From NCBI GenBank assembly GCA_964016885.1, contig OZ024742.1:208258001-208322000 (forward strand): DNA of 64,000 nucleotides, given 5' to 3'. Below the pieces are notes generated by a model. That model saw only the letters and a list, made by a program, of their open reading frames with translations. It did not search any database and had not been told where the DNA came from. The translations under genes were made by a program, and so were the position numbers. The DNA comes from Eledone cirrhosa (lineage: Eukaryota). Positions 22,925-37,713 of the stretch are shown here, one piece after another (position 1 is the stretch's first letter; each line of letters begins with the position of its first letter).

Positions 22925-25590
22925 CAACAATAATAATAATGCTTTCTTTATTTACCACAAGGGTTGACACAAAGTATAACATTCCGGACAACATACTATC
23001 TCTTTCGTCATGGCCACAAGACAGATAAAAACTGCCTGCCCTTCCCGGCTAATCCTCACGATTGACACAGTTGATAGCCGGATCCGTCCTACACGCGACA
23101 GCAGGTGTTCGACATAAACCCATAAGTTAGCAATGCTCAGACACTGGACGAGTGCTTGCAGGAAGGTTTCGTCGCCCTGCGCGCATCTCGGACATGCCCG
23201 GCTGACGGAAACTTCATGCCTGTAGAGTTTATCCCGAACTGGCAAAGCTCCTCGGTAACACTGCCAGGCCAGCGATTTCTGGAAGTTGTCCATAGGCCCC
23301 GGCCCGAAAGTTCTTCCGAAGAGATTGGCTAGTTGATTTTCGTCGACAGCTAGAGTTTCCCCGAGTACGTCCTCGCGTTTCCCCTCCACTAATCCTCTAT
23401 AGAACGCCAAGCTATACTTTCCACCGATCACATTGCCCGACTGGTCGAGGGCTGTGAGCGCCTGAAGACATTCCAGTGCCAAGCGCTCCCTCTCCGTCTT
23501 CGCTTGACCCAGGACTGCAGCTCCGGCAAGGAGACGAGATCGGGAAAGACGCGTCTAGCAAACGGCGATCACAGCTGATCACGGTCGAGGAAGAGGTGGA
23601 GATGTCGTAGCTTGGCATCTGTACGTAAAGTTCATAGGGCAGACCATCCAAACCAGGCGATTTACCCCTTGTGCAGCCAGTCATTGCCTCCCGTATATTG
23701 CTGATATCGGCTTTTCTCAACACTCGGCCACAGTGGCCTAGAGCCGCGGCAGTCCGTCGAGGTAGAAACTAATTCCATCCCTCGATCCGGCCCGCGGCTG
23801 CCTCCGAACAGCTGAGCGAAGAGTCGCTGAAAAACTTCACCCATTTGCCCTGGATCGAGTAGCATGAGCCCGTCGTGGTCCACCAAAAGCCGGATTGTGG
23901 CTTTGTCGCCACGACGCGCCTCCGCCACTCGGGCCCATTGAACTGCTTTCGTCCCCTCGTGTCTGAGAGCACGCACCATACTCTGACAACGCAGCCTTCG
24001 TGCTTTGCATTGAAGAATTGTCAAGGGCCAATTTCGCTGCATGTACGTCGGTCGCGATGCCTTTGCTAAGTGCCTCGTCTAATCTTCTAACTAGTTCTCC
24101 CTCTGCTCTATTTTTCTCTATTGTTAAAGCCTTACTAAACCTAATGGACTATATTCTAATGGCTCTTTTCAGAGCAAACCACCATTTGTTGTTGACGATG
24201 GCCCCCGTCAACGCCCCCTTAACTAATTCGCTAATCCGGTCTCTGTAGGCCTTACGCGCTGTTAATGGCTGTTTAGCTTCCAGTAGCCGGGTCCTTGTCT
24301 ATGAAGCACATCTAATCAAACAGATCACGAATTTGTGGTCCGTGTAGCTGACTATCTTGAATTGTGGACAGCCTAAGCTAGACCTATCTATTTCCCTACA
24401 AAATACTCTATCTAGATATGATCTGGATGACCCGATGCGGTTTGTCCAAGTCCACATTGGCACATTCGGGAAATCCAATCGGTACCTCTCAGACAGTTCA
24501 AAACGCCTGAGCAGGTTGGCGAGGCTCTTGCACCCTCCTCGCCTATCCGCTAATTCCACACAGTGCCAGCGTGCATTTAAGATCCCGTTCTAGTCGCCCA
24601 CTAACACTAAAGAGCGGGACGTTCCAAGAAAGGTCTCCAATCGCCGGAATAAATCAGGCTGCCCTGCTCCTTGTCGGGGCATAGTCGGCCACTAACCTGA
24701 AAGCTTGTTCGTCTTCGCTGGTCACGTCCAGCACCACCAACTTAGCTTCTGGGTCCAGGAAGATGGCCCGTATGGCGAGATCCAAACCTCTCTGAAAAAG
24801 CACGGCAACTCCTCCCCCGATACAGGACGGCTGGGAGATGCGTACACATCGTAGCCGCTGAAGATCGGTGCGAAGGCCCGTGCTTAGGAGATTCTGGTCT
24901 CGCTGATGGCCACCACATCTATGTTTAGTGAGCTGAGGTCGTTGAGCAGGTGGCCCTGCTTCCATGACGACCCCAAGCCACGCGCATTCATGCTGCCTAT
25001 TCAGAGTGAGGTCATCTTGAAAAGGAGTGGAAAAGATGGGAATGACCACTTACCTTACATCTCGTAGAGGAAGAATGGTTTGTCCATCCTTCTCACTACT
25101 TGTGGCCTCCTCCGGAAGAATGGCCTTATAAATCCTCCTGGAGAGTGTTTGTCGAAAGTCTTCGATGTCCTTGGGGAATTTTTGTTTTAGTTTCGTGTAC
25201 TTTTTCTGTGTGATGCGAGTGATTTATATGTGTGGAGGTGGTGTGGATTTTTGGGGTGTTGTTTAGTCATTTTCTGCGATGCTGGTGTTGTCTTGCATGT
25301 TGTGTAATAATTGGTTGTTGTTCAAATTTAATGCTATGTAATGTGTATCGTTTTGGTTGTTTTGTTTTGTTTGCGTTTGTTGTAGGTTTGTTTCTGTTTC
25401 GATATTTGGTGACTTTTGTGGTGTTGGTGATGGTGGTGTTGGAGGTAATGATGGTGAAGATGTTGGTGTTTGTGGTGATGGGGTTGGTGATGCTGGTGTG
25501 GATGGTGGCTTATCTGTCCTAGCTTTTTTGTTTGTTTGTTTATTTATTTCACCCTGTATTTTGTTTTTGGAGGGGGAAGTTCTTTTTTTT
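22925..25590 (-). mobile_element. Tx1/L1-clade LINE, internally deleted
   Basis: Pro/Thr-rich ORF1 end; ORF2 ATG at 25015 with APE motifs GSMNARGL, ISET, WTW...SYLDR, YTDHK; GKSPGLDGLPYELY, after which the RT core is missing; C-terminal CPRC...ET; 3' end AATAAAGAAAGC(ATT)n. Confidence 0.9.
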
Positions 25591-25619
25591 TTTTTTTTTT
25601 TCCTGATACAGTTTCCCAC

Positions 25620-26100
25620 TACTCGCCGTCACAATCTGTCTCCAGTTGCGATAGGTCGGAGATTGGTCGAAAAAGTGGAGGGAATGCATGCTCAAGATGA
25701 AATTCAAAATGAAAACAATGAAATCATAAAGGATAAAGAAATGAATGAGAATGAACTTGCCAACTTGAAGGATGAAATTATGATTGAATGGATGAAAATG
25801 AAAGAATCTGTCATGGGGGACCGAGACACTCTCCCTAAGACCCAGAAATCCAAACAGAACCAAAAGATAATACACAAGACTAACATAATTCTTAAAAACA
25901 TTATCATCACAAACAAACAGACATTACTGATCTAAATCATCTCTATTATGCATCGGCTAAAGTCACCACTCACTTATGTGGAGGGAAAATGAAAAAACAA
26001 AGGAATTCTCACAAAAAATCTACTTGGCAGGAGAACATCAATCGCCAAATAAAACTTCTCCGATCTGACATAGAAATGTTAACAAACTATAAAATGATAC
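25620..26100 (+). mobile_element. R4/Dong-clade LINE N-terminal ORF fragment
   Basis: DRDTLPK...DLNHLYYASAKV...STWQENINRQIKLLRSDIEML. Confidence 0.6.
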
Positions 26101-26124
26101 TAGAAGATTTTAATAATAGACTCA

Positions 26125-26430
26125 AAAATCTATCTATTTGTGTTTTACATACACGGCATAATGGGTTGCATCAATTTTTTATTTTGTTGGCTTGGTAATT
26201 TTTTGTTGGTAGACACTGATCTTGTGCTGATATAATCAGTCCTTCAGTCTCCGATTTCTGTCCAGAGGATTCCAACCACTGATGGTTTAGAGTTTTGTCA
26301 ATATCATGATTGTTAGCTCTAGACAGAAGCTTTTCTTGCTATTTCTTAGTCAGTTTCTGTAGCAGTTCTTTCTTTGCAGTTACATTTACCTGCTTTGCTT
26401 TTTCTGTGTTTTTCATTTTATTAATCCCTA
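26125..26430 (-). mobile_element. R4/Dong-clade LINE post-RT fragment
   Basis: Minus strand: DIDKTLNHQWLESSGQKSETEGLIISAQDQCLPTKNYQ...CRMC (start of the CCHC knuckle). Confidence 0.8.
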
Positions 26431-26439
26431 ATTAAGTCT

Positions 26440-26873
26440 TTCAAGTTTCACTTGAAGAAGAAAATCAGGGTTGAGAGGCAAGTGCTGCCTTCTAGCAAGT
26501 TTGTTGAAAGGTGGGTGAATGTAGCGAGAATGGTCCGAGTGAACGGGACCGCTCCGAATATAGGTCTATAGTTTGAGAAATGGAAAAATTGAGAGAGGGC
26601 GCTTGCCCTGGTGGTCAGGGTGGCCGTGGTCTATTGTGTGGTTTTCGCCACGAGTAACCCTCGGAGGTTTCGCCCCTATAGTGGAATTTTTCATTGTTTC
26701 AATTTTTATTTTTATTGTTTATATATATATATGTTTCTATGTCCTTTTTTTCTTTTCTTATATAAATAATAACAAATCTGTACACGCACAAAACCCACAT
26801 TGTACCGTCCTGTACCGTCCTGTGCAGCCTCTAATGTTTTTCTTGATGTCAGCCGTTGTGGCCAATAAAGAAA

Positions 26874-26905
<32 letters not shown>
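26440..26905 (+). mobile_element. Tx1-like LINE 3' end with (ATT)n tail
   Basis: FKFHLKKKIRVERQVLPSSKFVERWVNVARMVRVNGTAPNIGL* (stop at 26569-26571), 3'UTR, AATAAAGAAATC(ATT)n. Confidence 0.75.
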
Positions 26906-26921
26906 TGTTGCTGTTATTATT

Positions 26922-27130
26922 ATGAGACGGCGAGAACTACGGCGGAGTAAGTTAGTTGAATTTTTATGAGTTCTATATACTATTTTTACATCCTTTCTTA
27001 TATAAAAATCTTTATACGCACAAAACCCACATCGTACCGTCCTGTACCGTCCAAATGCCGTCTGTAATGTTTTTCTTGATGTCAGCCTTTGTGGCCATTA
27101 AAGAAATCATTATTATTTTTATTATTATTG
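26922..27130 (+). mobile_element. Second, shorter Tx1-like 3' end
   Basis: Repeats ACGCACAAAACCCACAT.GTACCGTCCTGTACCGTCC...GATGTCAGCC.TTGTGGCCA.TAAAGAAATCATTATT. Confidence 0.75.
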
Positions 27131-27600
27131 TTCTTTGAGTCTCAGTCATTGATGTTATTTAACTGGAATGTTTGTTGAAATGAATATCAAGCCGCTACCT
27201 GCGGCCTCAGACATTCAGGACGCATCGGAGGGTTCTTGCTGTTACCAGCAAGCATGCCTTTTGAGGTGTTCCAAAAAGCGGGACTGGACTAATCTTCTTT
27301 AACCAACCTTGGAACCTCTTTGAGGTAGTGCTTAGTGCGCCTATGACAATCCGGACGACCTTAATTTCATGGCAGTTCCAAATCCTGTTTAACCCCTATT
27401 TTAAATCCTGGTGTCGGTTAATTTTCTCCCTCTCCTTTTCTTGCACTCTCGTGTCAAATGGGCAGGCTACATCTACAATCAGGCATGATCTTTTTTCCTT
27501 GTCCAAAACCACCAGGTCAGGCCTATTATGTTCTAATTTCTTGTCCGTCTGTATCCTAAAATCCCATAGCACCTTCACCTGATCGTTTTCTATCTTACTT
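27120..27600 (-). mobile_element. R4/Dong-clade LINE 3' end (RLE domain)
   Basis: KVLWDFRIQTDKKLEHNRPDLVVLDKEKRSCLIVDVACP...VIGALS...QKACLL; short 3'UTR and (TAA)n tail. Confidence 0.9.
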
Positions 27601-28063
27601 CCTTCTTGTCATCTTCCCTTCATTTTTCGTTTTTTCTTCTTTTCTTTTGTTACAATCTCACGTGACTTTCGTTGCTATACAAAGCACAATACCTTCTTCT
27701 AGTCCTCGCATAAAACTCTGTGCACATGTTATAGCTTAATTCCTGTTTTGCCATGTCTCTTATTCCACGGACAGCCCTTTGGCTTGTGTCAGATGCTGGG
27801 ACCCTGGGTCGACCAGCAATAGCTTGGGTAGAAATTGCCAGATTTCCATCTCGATGGCTAAAAACCTTGGAGTTCTGATTCTTTCATTTTTATTTAAAAA
27901 AAAAAACTTGTATATAAATATACAAAGTACAGAAAGAGAGTGGAGATAGAAGGAATGAAAGAGAGAGAGAGAGAAAGTGAGTAGGGACATAGATGCACAC
28001 ACACGTATATATGTATATAGAGAAATAGGGAGAGGGAGAGAATGAGTGCACGAGGGAGGCAAA

Positions 28064-28162
<99 letters not shown>

Positions 28163-28449
28163 CTTTGCATTGGCATGCCATTAACAAAATGGATAACTTC
28201 TGTCATCTTCTAGCATCGTACTATTGTATGTTAACAAGAACTGACATAGAGACTGTAAACAGAAATCTAGAAATCTAAGCTCTGAATAAACAATGTGAAT
28301 AACGAAGATTCAGCAATTTTAATTCAACTAACACAAGCGTACAGCAATACACACGAACATAACACACGCTATCACATTCCCACACTTATACTCACATATA
28401 TACATATCATTATGCACCCATGCTTATATACCCATCATTATATACCCAA

Positions 28450-28640
28450 GGGCGGTGGATTGGCAGTATCGGTAGAGGGTCGGACGCCATGCTTTCCAGC
28501 ATAGTTACGTCCCTTTACGATCTGAGTTCAAATCCCGCCGAGGTTGACTTTGCCTTTTATCCTTGCGGGGTCGATACATTAAAGTACCAGTAATGCACTG
28601 GGTATTTGCTGGCCTTGTACCTAAAGTAGAAACAATTATA
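28450..28640 (+). mobile_element. SINE S1 full-length
   Basis: Head, B-box, core and tail as at 11457. Confidence 0.85.
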
Positions 28641-28971
28641 TACCCATGCTTTCAAATATACCTATGCTTACACTGAGACACTTATATGTACAAACATATG
28701 TAAATATATTAATATCATTACATGGTTCACGGAATATTTGTAGCACATCTAAAAGCCCTGAAACATTCACAGGTATATATATTTTTTAAATGGTCCCTTT
28801 TGTTAAATGTTGAACCCAATATATAGATAACTTGCAATATTGTTTGACACAAATTGCGAATGATATACAAGTGGCTTCTTTTGGAATGTTTCTCTGAGTG
28901 TGACGTTGTTTCATACATGTCTTACTCTGTAAAATGTAGTATCGATATCAATCTATATGTTTAAATATATA

Positions 28972-29246
28972 CTAGACCACGCGTGAGCCGCTGGGTCACG
29001 TTCACGTCAAAACTTATTTTTTTAAATCATGCTCATTTAAAAATAAATTTTAAATAATTAAAATATACACAGAGATGTATATGATGTGAAATGAAACTGG
29101 AAGGCCCATATATATATATACTTGTGTGTATATATAAATGTGTGGGTGTCTTTGATCTATATACATTGGACATAGACACCCACACATATACATACACATA
29201 TATATACACAAACAGTCACATATATGTATATATACAACAACACCAC

Positions 29247-29301
<55 letters not shown>

Positions 29302-29592
29302 ATTCTCCTTTTCTGTCTCCTCTCCCCCTCTCTATGTCTCTATTTTAATCTACTCTCTCACAACTACTATATTTTTCTCTATAACCTTCTCCCTCTCTGT
29401 TTATGAAGGTACCCAGATAACCCCATATCTCGGGAACCCGTGCTTCGATTTACGCGAAATTGATTTATTCCATTTGTATTCCCATTTCAGGGTCAACTTC
29501 TTTTCAAAGTATTTTCCCATTATGCGCCCTTTTCGCTGTGTTACATTACAGACAAGCAAGCAAGCAAACAATCACAGAACTTTAGTAATATA
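28972..29592 (-). mobile_element. Non-autonomous Helitron
   Basis: Minus strand starts TATATTACTAAAGTTCTGTGATTGTTTGCTTGCTTG.. and ends GACCCAGCGGCTCACGCGTGGT-CTAG|TAT. Confidence 0.55.
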
Positions 29593-29630
29593 CTAGCAGA
29601 ATGACCCGGCGTTGCTCTGGATTTGCTCTA
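29593..29630 (-). mobile_element. 3' terminus of another Helitron abutting the previous one
   Basis: Minus strand: CCAGAGCAACGCCGGGTCATTCTG-CTAG|T (hairpin + CTAG). Confidence 0.6.
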
Positions 29631-29720
29631 GGGTTCATATATATTTGATATATATTTATCCTTATCGAGCCTCGTGAAAAAATACGTTTGTTTATATTTT
29701 GTTATTGTGTATGCAAAAAT

Positions 29721-29737
29721 ATCTGTACACGAATATA

Positions 29738-29782
<45 letters not shown>

Positions 29783-29802
29783 GTATATATATATATATAT
29801 GT

Positions 29803-29881
<79 letters not shown>

Positions 29882-29952
29882 CACGTATATATATATATAT
29901 ATATATATATACGTATATATATATATATATATATATACGTATATATATATAC

Positions 29953-29993
<41 letters not shown>

Positions 29994-30019
29994 CACGTAT
30001 ATATATATATATATATATA

Positions 30020-30070
<51 letters not shown>

Positions 30071-30284
30071 GCATATATATATCTATATATATATATATAT
30101 ATAACAGTACAGTACGGAATACCTCGGCCTCGAGATGGTGTGTACTTGTGCTTATCAAAGAAATCCGTCATAGATTACCAGGGTTTTTTCCGTGCGAAGA
30201 AAATCAACACTTTATCGCGAAATACTTTTGTTTATATTTTGTTATTCTGTATGCAAAAATATCTGTACACGAATATATAAATTA

Positions 30285-30352
<68 letters not shown>
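29721..30352. repeat. Interrupted (TA)n arrays, each preceded by the same ~55-bp element tail
   Basis: TTTGTTTATATTTTGTTATT.TGTATGCAAAAATATCTGTACACGAATATATAA at ~29686-29720 and ~30227-30281, each followed by (TA)n. Confidence 0.85.
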
Positions 30353-30357
<5 letters not shown>

Positions 30358-31074
30358 TAACAGATTAAAGTTTTTCCAGTCACATTTTTATTGAGTGTTT
30401 GTAGTATTCTCCTTAACTTTCTTTCCATAATTATATCCCCATAGAACAGTACGAGGAAACATGATTTTAAATATATCATAGTTTCAATTAACATTATAAC
30501 AGCTAAAATAATAGAAATGTTTTTTTAGCCAACTGAAAATACAATTGAACGCAAAAATATTACGTTATTAATTTTACTCTGAGGATTTTATACATAGGAA
30601 AAGAGAAATCTTTCTCAGAAATTAGGTTCGTTTGTCAATAAACATAAGCGCAGTGACTTTGACAGATATTAACGCAGAATATGTGATTGAGAGGTCAGCA
30701 CAATATTAACTCGTCAAACCATATAATTCCAGCAATTATAGGTATGAATTTTTATTTGGTCAATTAATAAAACGTTTCTATGCAATCGCATTGTTTATGA
30801 AATGTTTTAGAATTTTCTACTATTTTATAACATATTTCGTAACAAAATATAATGTGCATTATCTCTTTGCTTGTTTCTTTCTTTCTTTTTATCGGTCTCT
30901 ATATATATAATATAATGAATGTCACATTGATTGGATGAACATACAATGCCTGTAAGCAGCTATAGACAATATTTCGGAAAATTATATTTAATAGAGTCTC
31001 CGAAATATTGACTATAATGTCTATTCTCAGCGGAATCTTCCAAGTATATAATAGATTATTTAGGAAATTGTATA

Positions 31075-31163
<89 letters not shown>

Positions 31164-31417
31164 TATATATATCTATTAGAAAGTGAGGTTTCTTTTACAA
31201 AATGAAAAATAACCGAAGTATCCTACACGAGTTAAGGTATAAAGAAAAAAAGATGAAATCGAAAATGCAACTGGAGTCTTATTTTAAAAAATATATATAT
31301 ATTTATTTGGTTCCTTTACCGGTTTCGCAGTTCTTCTGCTTTTCAAAAGTAGAGTTGAGATGGAGGATCTGTGGTTTTTCTCACATTCTTATATATATAT
31401 AATATATATATAATATA

Positions 31418-31600
31418 TAATTGTTTCTACTATTGACACAAGGCCTGCAATTAACCAGTACATTACTGTTACTTTATTTTATAGACCCCGTAAGGATGAA
31501 AGGCAAAGTTAACCTCGGCGGGATTTGAACTCAGAATGACAAGGGCCGTAACTCCATGCGTCAAAACATCGTGTCCGACCCTCTACCGATACTGCCAATT
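31418..31600 (-). mobile_element. SINE S1 full-length
   Basis: Reverse complement of S1. Confidence 0.8.
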
Positions 31601-31747
31601 CACACAAAGATTTATGAGTATACATACATATACATGCATATATACAAGTATGTGAGATTGTGTCTTGTCAAGCTTAACCACTGTTGCTCTATGACTATGA
31701 GAGACAAGATAATCGGAATAATTAAATTGACTCTATATCAGAGCTAT

Positions 31748-32598
<851 letters not shown>

Positions 32599-32609
32599 CG
32601 ATAATAGTT

Positions 32610-32860
32610 AAAAAAATGGCGTGTTAGATCTTCATTACATATATTCAGATGTGTCGTCACGTTTCGCGATTGATTAGTTCAAGGCTCGATCTTTCATTAC
32701 CATAACAGAAGTCAGACAACCTTTTGAATCCAGAGTCGGGCCAGATCAATACAGATTGAGTCTTGAGCTGATCAATTGCGAAACGCACATCACGCCTCAC
32801 TACACGTAATGAAAACCTAACACTTCGTCAATTTTACTATTAGCAGTATTACACTCTGCT
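32610..32860. mobile_element. Fold-back family E (diverged inverted arms)
   Basis: GTGTTAG..TTCATTAC...CGTTTCGCGATTGATTAGTTCAAGGCTCGATCT versus AGATTGAGTCTTGAGCTGATCAATTGCGAAACG...GTAATGAAAACCTAACAC; a relative lies at 42.1 kb. Confidence 0.6.
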
Positions 32861-33720
32861 TAGTACAACATCAATATACTCACTGGAAACTACGCATGCA
32901 GTGCTCACTCTGGTGACCTACTTTAACGGGACATATGTGTGTATGTGCGTGTTTGTGTATGTTTGTGTGCATGTGTGTGTACGTGCATGTGTATTACTGC
33001 GTACTAATGAGTGTGATTCTATGTATGCATGTTTATATGTGTGTGTGTGGCCAGCGATGGGTGGACATAAACATTCGTTGATTATTTGATTGATTTCAAT
33101 CATGGTTGAGTCAACATTTCGGGTAACGCCTTCAAAATAAAACCAATAATTTGAAACCCAATATTTATTTTCTTGGATCTCTATTTTTAAATGCTATATT
33201 ATCCAATGCAGATGGGTTAATTAGTAACAGGGGTGCATATACATACACAAACACCTGTACAAAATATATAAGAGTATAAGTATATATGAAAGCCCGTATA
33301 TATGTGTAAGTGGATGACAACACTGGTACGTGTTGCATGCTGAACCTTTAAAAAAGAAACTATATATATAGAGAGAGAGGTTATAAGGGTTTCTGGGGTC
33401 GTAAAAGTACACACACATGTAAACACAGAGGGGTGGAACTCCTACTGTCATCACCTCCGTTTCTGTCGCCCTCCCAGTGTATTTTTGTCTCTCTCTCTCT
33501 ACAATCAGGAAAATACCGTTTCACATTTAATTGTCTCTACTTCTACCCAAACAAAAATATCAAGTAGTCCTCTCAAAAATACCATTGCCTAACATATTTA
33601 ATCATAGAATATTTATTACAAGTTTAATTCTTCTAGTCAAACTTAATGAGTCTCACCTCATAGAAGGTGTTACTAAAGACTTCATGCAATCAAAAACATT
33701 GTCACCATCTAGAAGCGCTT

Positions 33721-33810
<90 letters not shown>

Positions 33811-33989
33811 GCGGAAGAAGATTGAGGATAAAGAGAAAATTACCTGATAATCGGAAACGGAGAAAGAGAACATCTTCAAAAACAATATTCGTAAAAGCTC
33901 TTGAACGAATAATGATTAACAGTCGATCGCCAAGGTCCTAGACCTCATTCGTGTAACGAGTTGGGTGGAGTTCGTCAAATAGGACTGAG

Positions 33990-34850
33990 GAAACAATGTT
34001 TCCATTGGTCTTTCCAATTGCTAATATTATCTACTACTTTGAGGCTCAACTCCGCCAGTTGCAGACTGCGCATCAACATGAGATATTTTTCTCCACAAAG
34101 TTCGATCACCAGCAGCAGATTTTAAAGAGCAAAGATCAAGTCCAGTCCATAGGTTGACATTGTCAAGCCATCGTTTTGGCTGCCGGCCTCTGCTTCTCTT
34201 ACCTACCAACCTTCCGTCCAGGCATAACCTACTCACACCACGAGTTGATCTTTTATATGACCGTATAGTTTGAGTACACTTGACTTGAAAATGTATGTAA
34301 TTGGTCTAAGTCTGGTAATGTTGAGCAGCTCATTGTTACAGATATGGTCGCTGAACCGTTTGCCAGTTATAAGTTTCATGATGTGGTTCTGCAATGTAGA
34401 AAGCCTTTGAAGTGACCTTGTCGTCCAATTAACACAGGCATGACCATATAACACAACTGGTAGGATGTAAGTATCGAAGATCTTAGCCTTCAAATGATAG
34501 AAAACTCGTTTTGATATTAGTACTTCCTTGTTCTTGTTGAAAGCTGCCCAACCTAGAGCGAATTGATACTGAGCAGCAACCATTCCATTGTTGTTTGATG
34601 ATATATATGAATTGCCCTCGAGATATATAAACTCCGTAACTTAAGCAATTTGCTGGTTGTAGGTTGTGAGTTGGAGATTGGCATTGTTTTTATAAGTTGT
34701 CATACACTTTGTTTTGAAGATGTTGATGTGTAAGCCATCCTCCAGCAAATATTTGGCCAATACATTCAGAAGGGCTTGCAGATCAGTCTAGAGTAACTCA
34801 TGATGACCAAATCGTCAGCATAGTAAAGAATTGATAGGGTTTTACCTCCT
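33990..34850 (-). mobile_element. RTE-clade LINE 3' fragment
   Basis: YYADDLVI; GLHINIFKTKCM; FIYL; LKAKIFDTYILPVVLYG; LKLYGHI; GKRSRGRQPKRWLDNV. Confidence 0.85.
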
Positions 34851-34969
34851 GTTTAATAGCCAGAGGTGCATTCTCATTTTGTAGATACCATATTGATACG
34901 ATTTTACCTCCTACTTAATAGCCAGAAGAGCATTCGTCTTCAGTTTAATAGATACGGTCGCAAATTCAG

Positions 34970-35100
34970 CCAGAAGGAGCAATGTGAAATAATGTGTCTT
35001 GCTCAAAGACATAGCGCATCGCCCGGTCCAGGAATCCAACTCACAACCTCACGATTGCAAATCCAATTCTCTAACCACTCATCCAAGCGCTTTCACGAAT
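34970..35100 (-). mobile_element. tRNA-derived SINE family S2, 5' part
   Basis: Reverse complement matches the head of 52713 (GTGGTTAGAG...GGACCGGG...TTGAGCAAGACAC). Confidence 0.7.
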
Positions 35101-35401
35101 GATGAGATAGCCACTTAAAAATGAGGTTTGACACCTTCCCTTTGATTTCAACATTCCCTCACAGCCTGTAAGTAGGAATTATCGATATTATTTCATGAAT
35201 TACACATAGAGATTTACAATTTATTCTGTGGAACAACGGTAGCCTGTCTGTTTCCAGATCAGAATTAAGTTGATGCCAAATTTATTTCCATAGCCCTTCA
35301 CCAGTATGATGACAGCCGCCGAATTTCTAAAACCAGTAAGTGCACACACCCACTTATTCACGTACACGTGTACACACGCGCCAGCGGGCACACACACAGG
35401 T

Positions 35402-35486
<85 letters not shown>

Positions 35487-36704
35487 GAGAGAGGGAGAGA
35501 GAGAGAGTTAGGGAGAAAGAGATAGGAAAAAAATTGTAAAATTCAGAGAGGTAACTCAGTGATGTCAGCACCACAATAGCTATACACAGATTCGGTATTC
35601 ACTTACGTTTCTCTTGATTTAAAATGCCAAACATACATATGCGTATATGTGTGAGGGTGTGAGAGGAAACATAAGCTCTCAGATATCAGAGATTTGTACA
35701 GTTCTAATTTTTAGTGTGTTCTGTTTTTATCAAGTTTATATATTCCGTTTTATATGTACTTGATATACTATCTAGTAACTGAAGAAAGAAAATGTATCTG
35801 AAATGTATCTAGTTAAGTCTCTATGCAATCTTATTATCCATTTCTCTCCCCACCCACCTCTCTCTCTCTCTTTATCTCTATTTCTCTCTCTGTCTCTCGC
35901 TCTATTGTAATCTTCGAGAGGTGATATATCACCACTTTAATTGTACAAAGTTATATATAAGACAAGTCTATCACCAAGGAAAAGCCAATCAAATACATCT
36001 AATATTATTTCATCAAGTACCAGTTCCCGGCAAATTAACTGAAATGAGTCAACGTAAAATCAGTTTGATTGCTGGGTAGTAGAACGAAACGCTTGATGTG
36101 ATTTAATCTCACTTTGTTAATCGGTAGTTTAGTATGCTATCCTCTCAAATGTTTCACTTCTTTCAATTACATAGTCTGAATTTCCAATTCGATTGAGCGA
36201 CAGAATCAGAATTCAAAAAGATAAAATGTGGATCGTTCAACCAATATCTATTAATCATTGTATTATGAAAGGTGTTTTAAGTAGCGTTGTCATTCATCGC
36301 GTTTTATATAGCAAACAAAATTGTATTAAATCCCTGTCAATATTATCTGGAAGTGCAATTGTAGCTTACAAGCTGCCAATTCTACAGCTTCATCATAACG
36401 ACTAATACATAAATCATCAAAGCATTGAATGGTCATTCTTGGTAAAATTATATAGTACAAGTCCTCTTGATATTTATAATTCATGTTGTCATATTATGTG
36501 TATTTCAACATGTGAAGAAAGGCAGCAAACAATAGAGCTTACAGCATTTAGTTATGTCTTAATGTTCGAATTCTAATGACATTTTCTATTCAAAGGTAAT
36601 TACTAGGAAAAAATGTGTAAAATGACCCGTTTAAATGATTGTTATCTTTCCCGAAATGTATGGCCTTGTTTCACATGCCAGAAATAATTATTACATCTTA
36701 TTAA

Positions 36705-36905
36705 GCGATGGATTCGCAGTATCGGTAGTGCGTCGGACAACATGTTTTGTGATATATAGTTTCATCTCTTTACGTTCTGAGTTCAATTACAGCCGAGGAT
36801 AGAGATGTTTTCATCCCTGCGAGATCAATAAAATGAAGCACCAGTAATACACTGGGGTTGATTTAATTGTGTCTCCCTCAATTTATTGGCCTAAATCAGA
36901 AACCA
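36705..36905 (+). mobile_element. Diverged SINE S1
   Basis: Recognisable head, B-box and TTCATCC..CGAGATCAATAAAATGAAGCACCAG core. Confidence 0.65.
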
Positions 36906-37337
36906 TTGTATTGGTTACACCTAGATTATTTCTTAAATAGCGGATCCAATTCGTTAAAAAAGCAATCATATTGGTGGCGGCAATTGCATAAACAAATAAG
37001 GTCATCTTTAACAATCCGCAAACAAAAACATGACCTTTTAAAAGAAGAAATCAGCAAAATATTAAAGACGAATGGCACCCACCAGACATACATATATGAA
37101 AAGTAAAACAATGGTATATCTGGTATTTCTCATATAAATGAAAGTTCATTTGAAGATTCATCATCAAGTGATTATGACATGGTGTCACTACATATTTAAA
37201 GTGAAACATAAAAGAGCGCAATTGATTGTTCAGTTCATCATCATCATTATCCCCATTATCATCATCATCAGCTACCTCACAACTTATATATATATATATT
37301 AGTAGGAATAATCCTATAAGATCTGTGACCTATAAAA

Positions 37338-37397
37338 ATGTCCAGAATTAGCCGTCGAAACGGCTTGAGCTCAGCCGTCGGGGTCCTACTCGTTCCT
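37338..37397 (+). mobile_element. Family B fragment between TA tracts
   Basis: GTCCAGAATTAGCCGTCGAAACGGCTTGAGCTCAGCCGTCGGGGTCCTACTCGTTCCTA. Confidence 0.8.
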
Positions 37398-37572
37398 ATA
37401 TATATATATATATATATATGGAAGTGGAATATACAAGTGGAAGCTTAATAAAATCTAAGCTTTGGGTGTGGCTAAGCAAAGTCGATCGACAATAGGAATG
37501 AGTTAGCAAAGCACTCAATAAGGGTAGGTCCTTAGAGTAATAACGTATGTTTAAATATCTTGACAAATTGAA

Positions 37573-37713
37573 CAGCATAGTTACGTCGTATTACGGTCTG
37601 AGTTCAAATCCCGTCGTGGTTAACTTTGCCTTTCATCCTTTCGAGGTCGATAAAATAAAGTACCAGTAATGTACTGATCATTGCTGGCCTTGTGCCAAAA
37701 GTAGAAACAATTA
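37573..37713 (+). mobile_element. SINE S1, 5'-truncated
   Basis: B-box, core and tail. Confidence 0.8.

Noticed and set aside
29628-30494. Long YI/IY-repeat ORFs (also 61153-62259 and the many HT, CV, ER and LS ORFs)
   Set aside because: These are translations of (TA)n, (CA)n and (GA)n microsatellites, which lack stop codons.
35292-35341. Plus-strand micro-exon ending in GTAAGT
   Set aside because: Weak acceptor, very short and no supporting homology.
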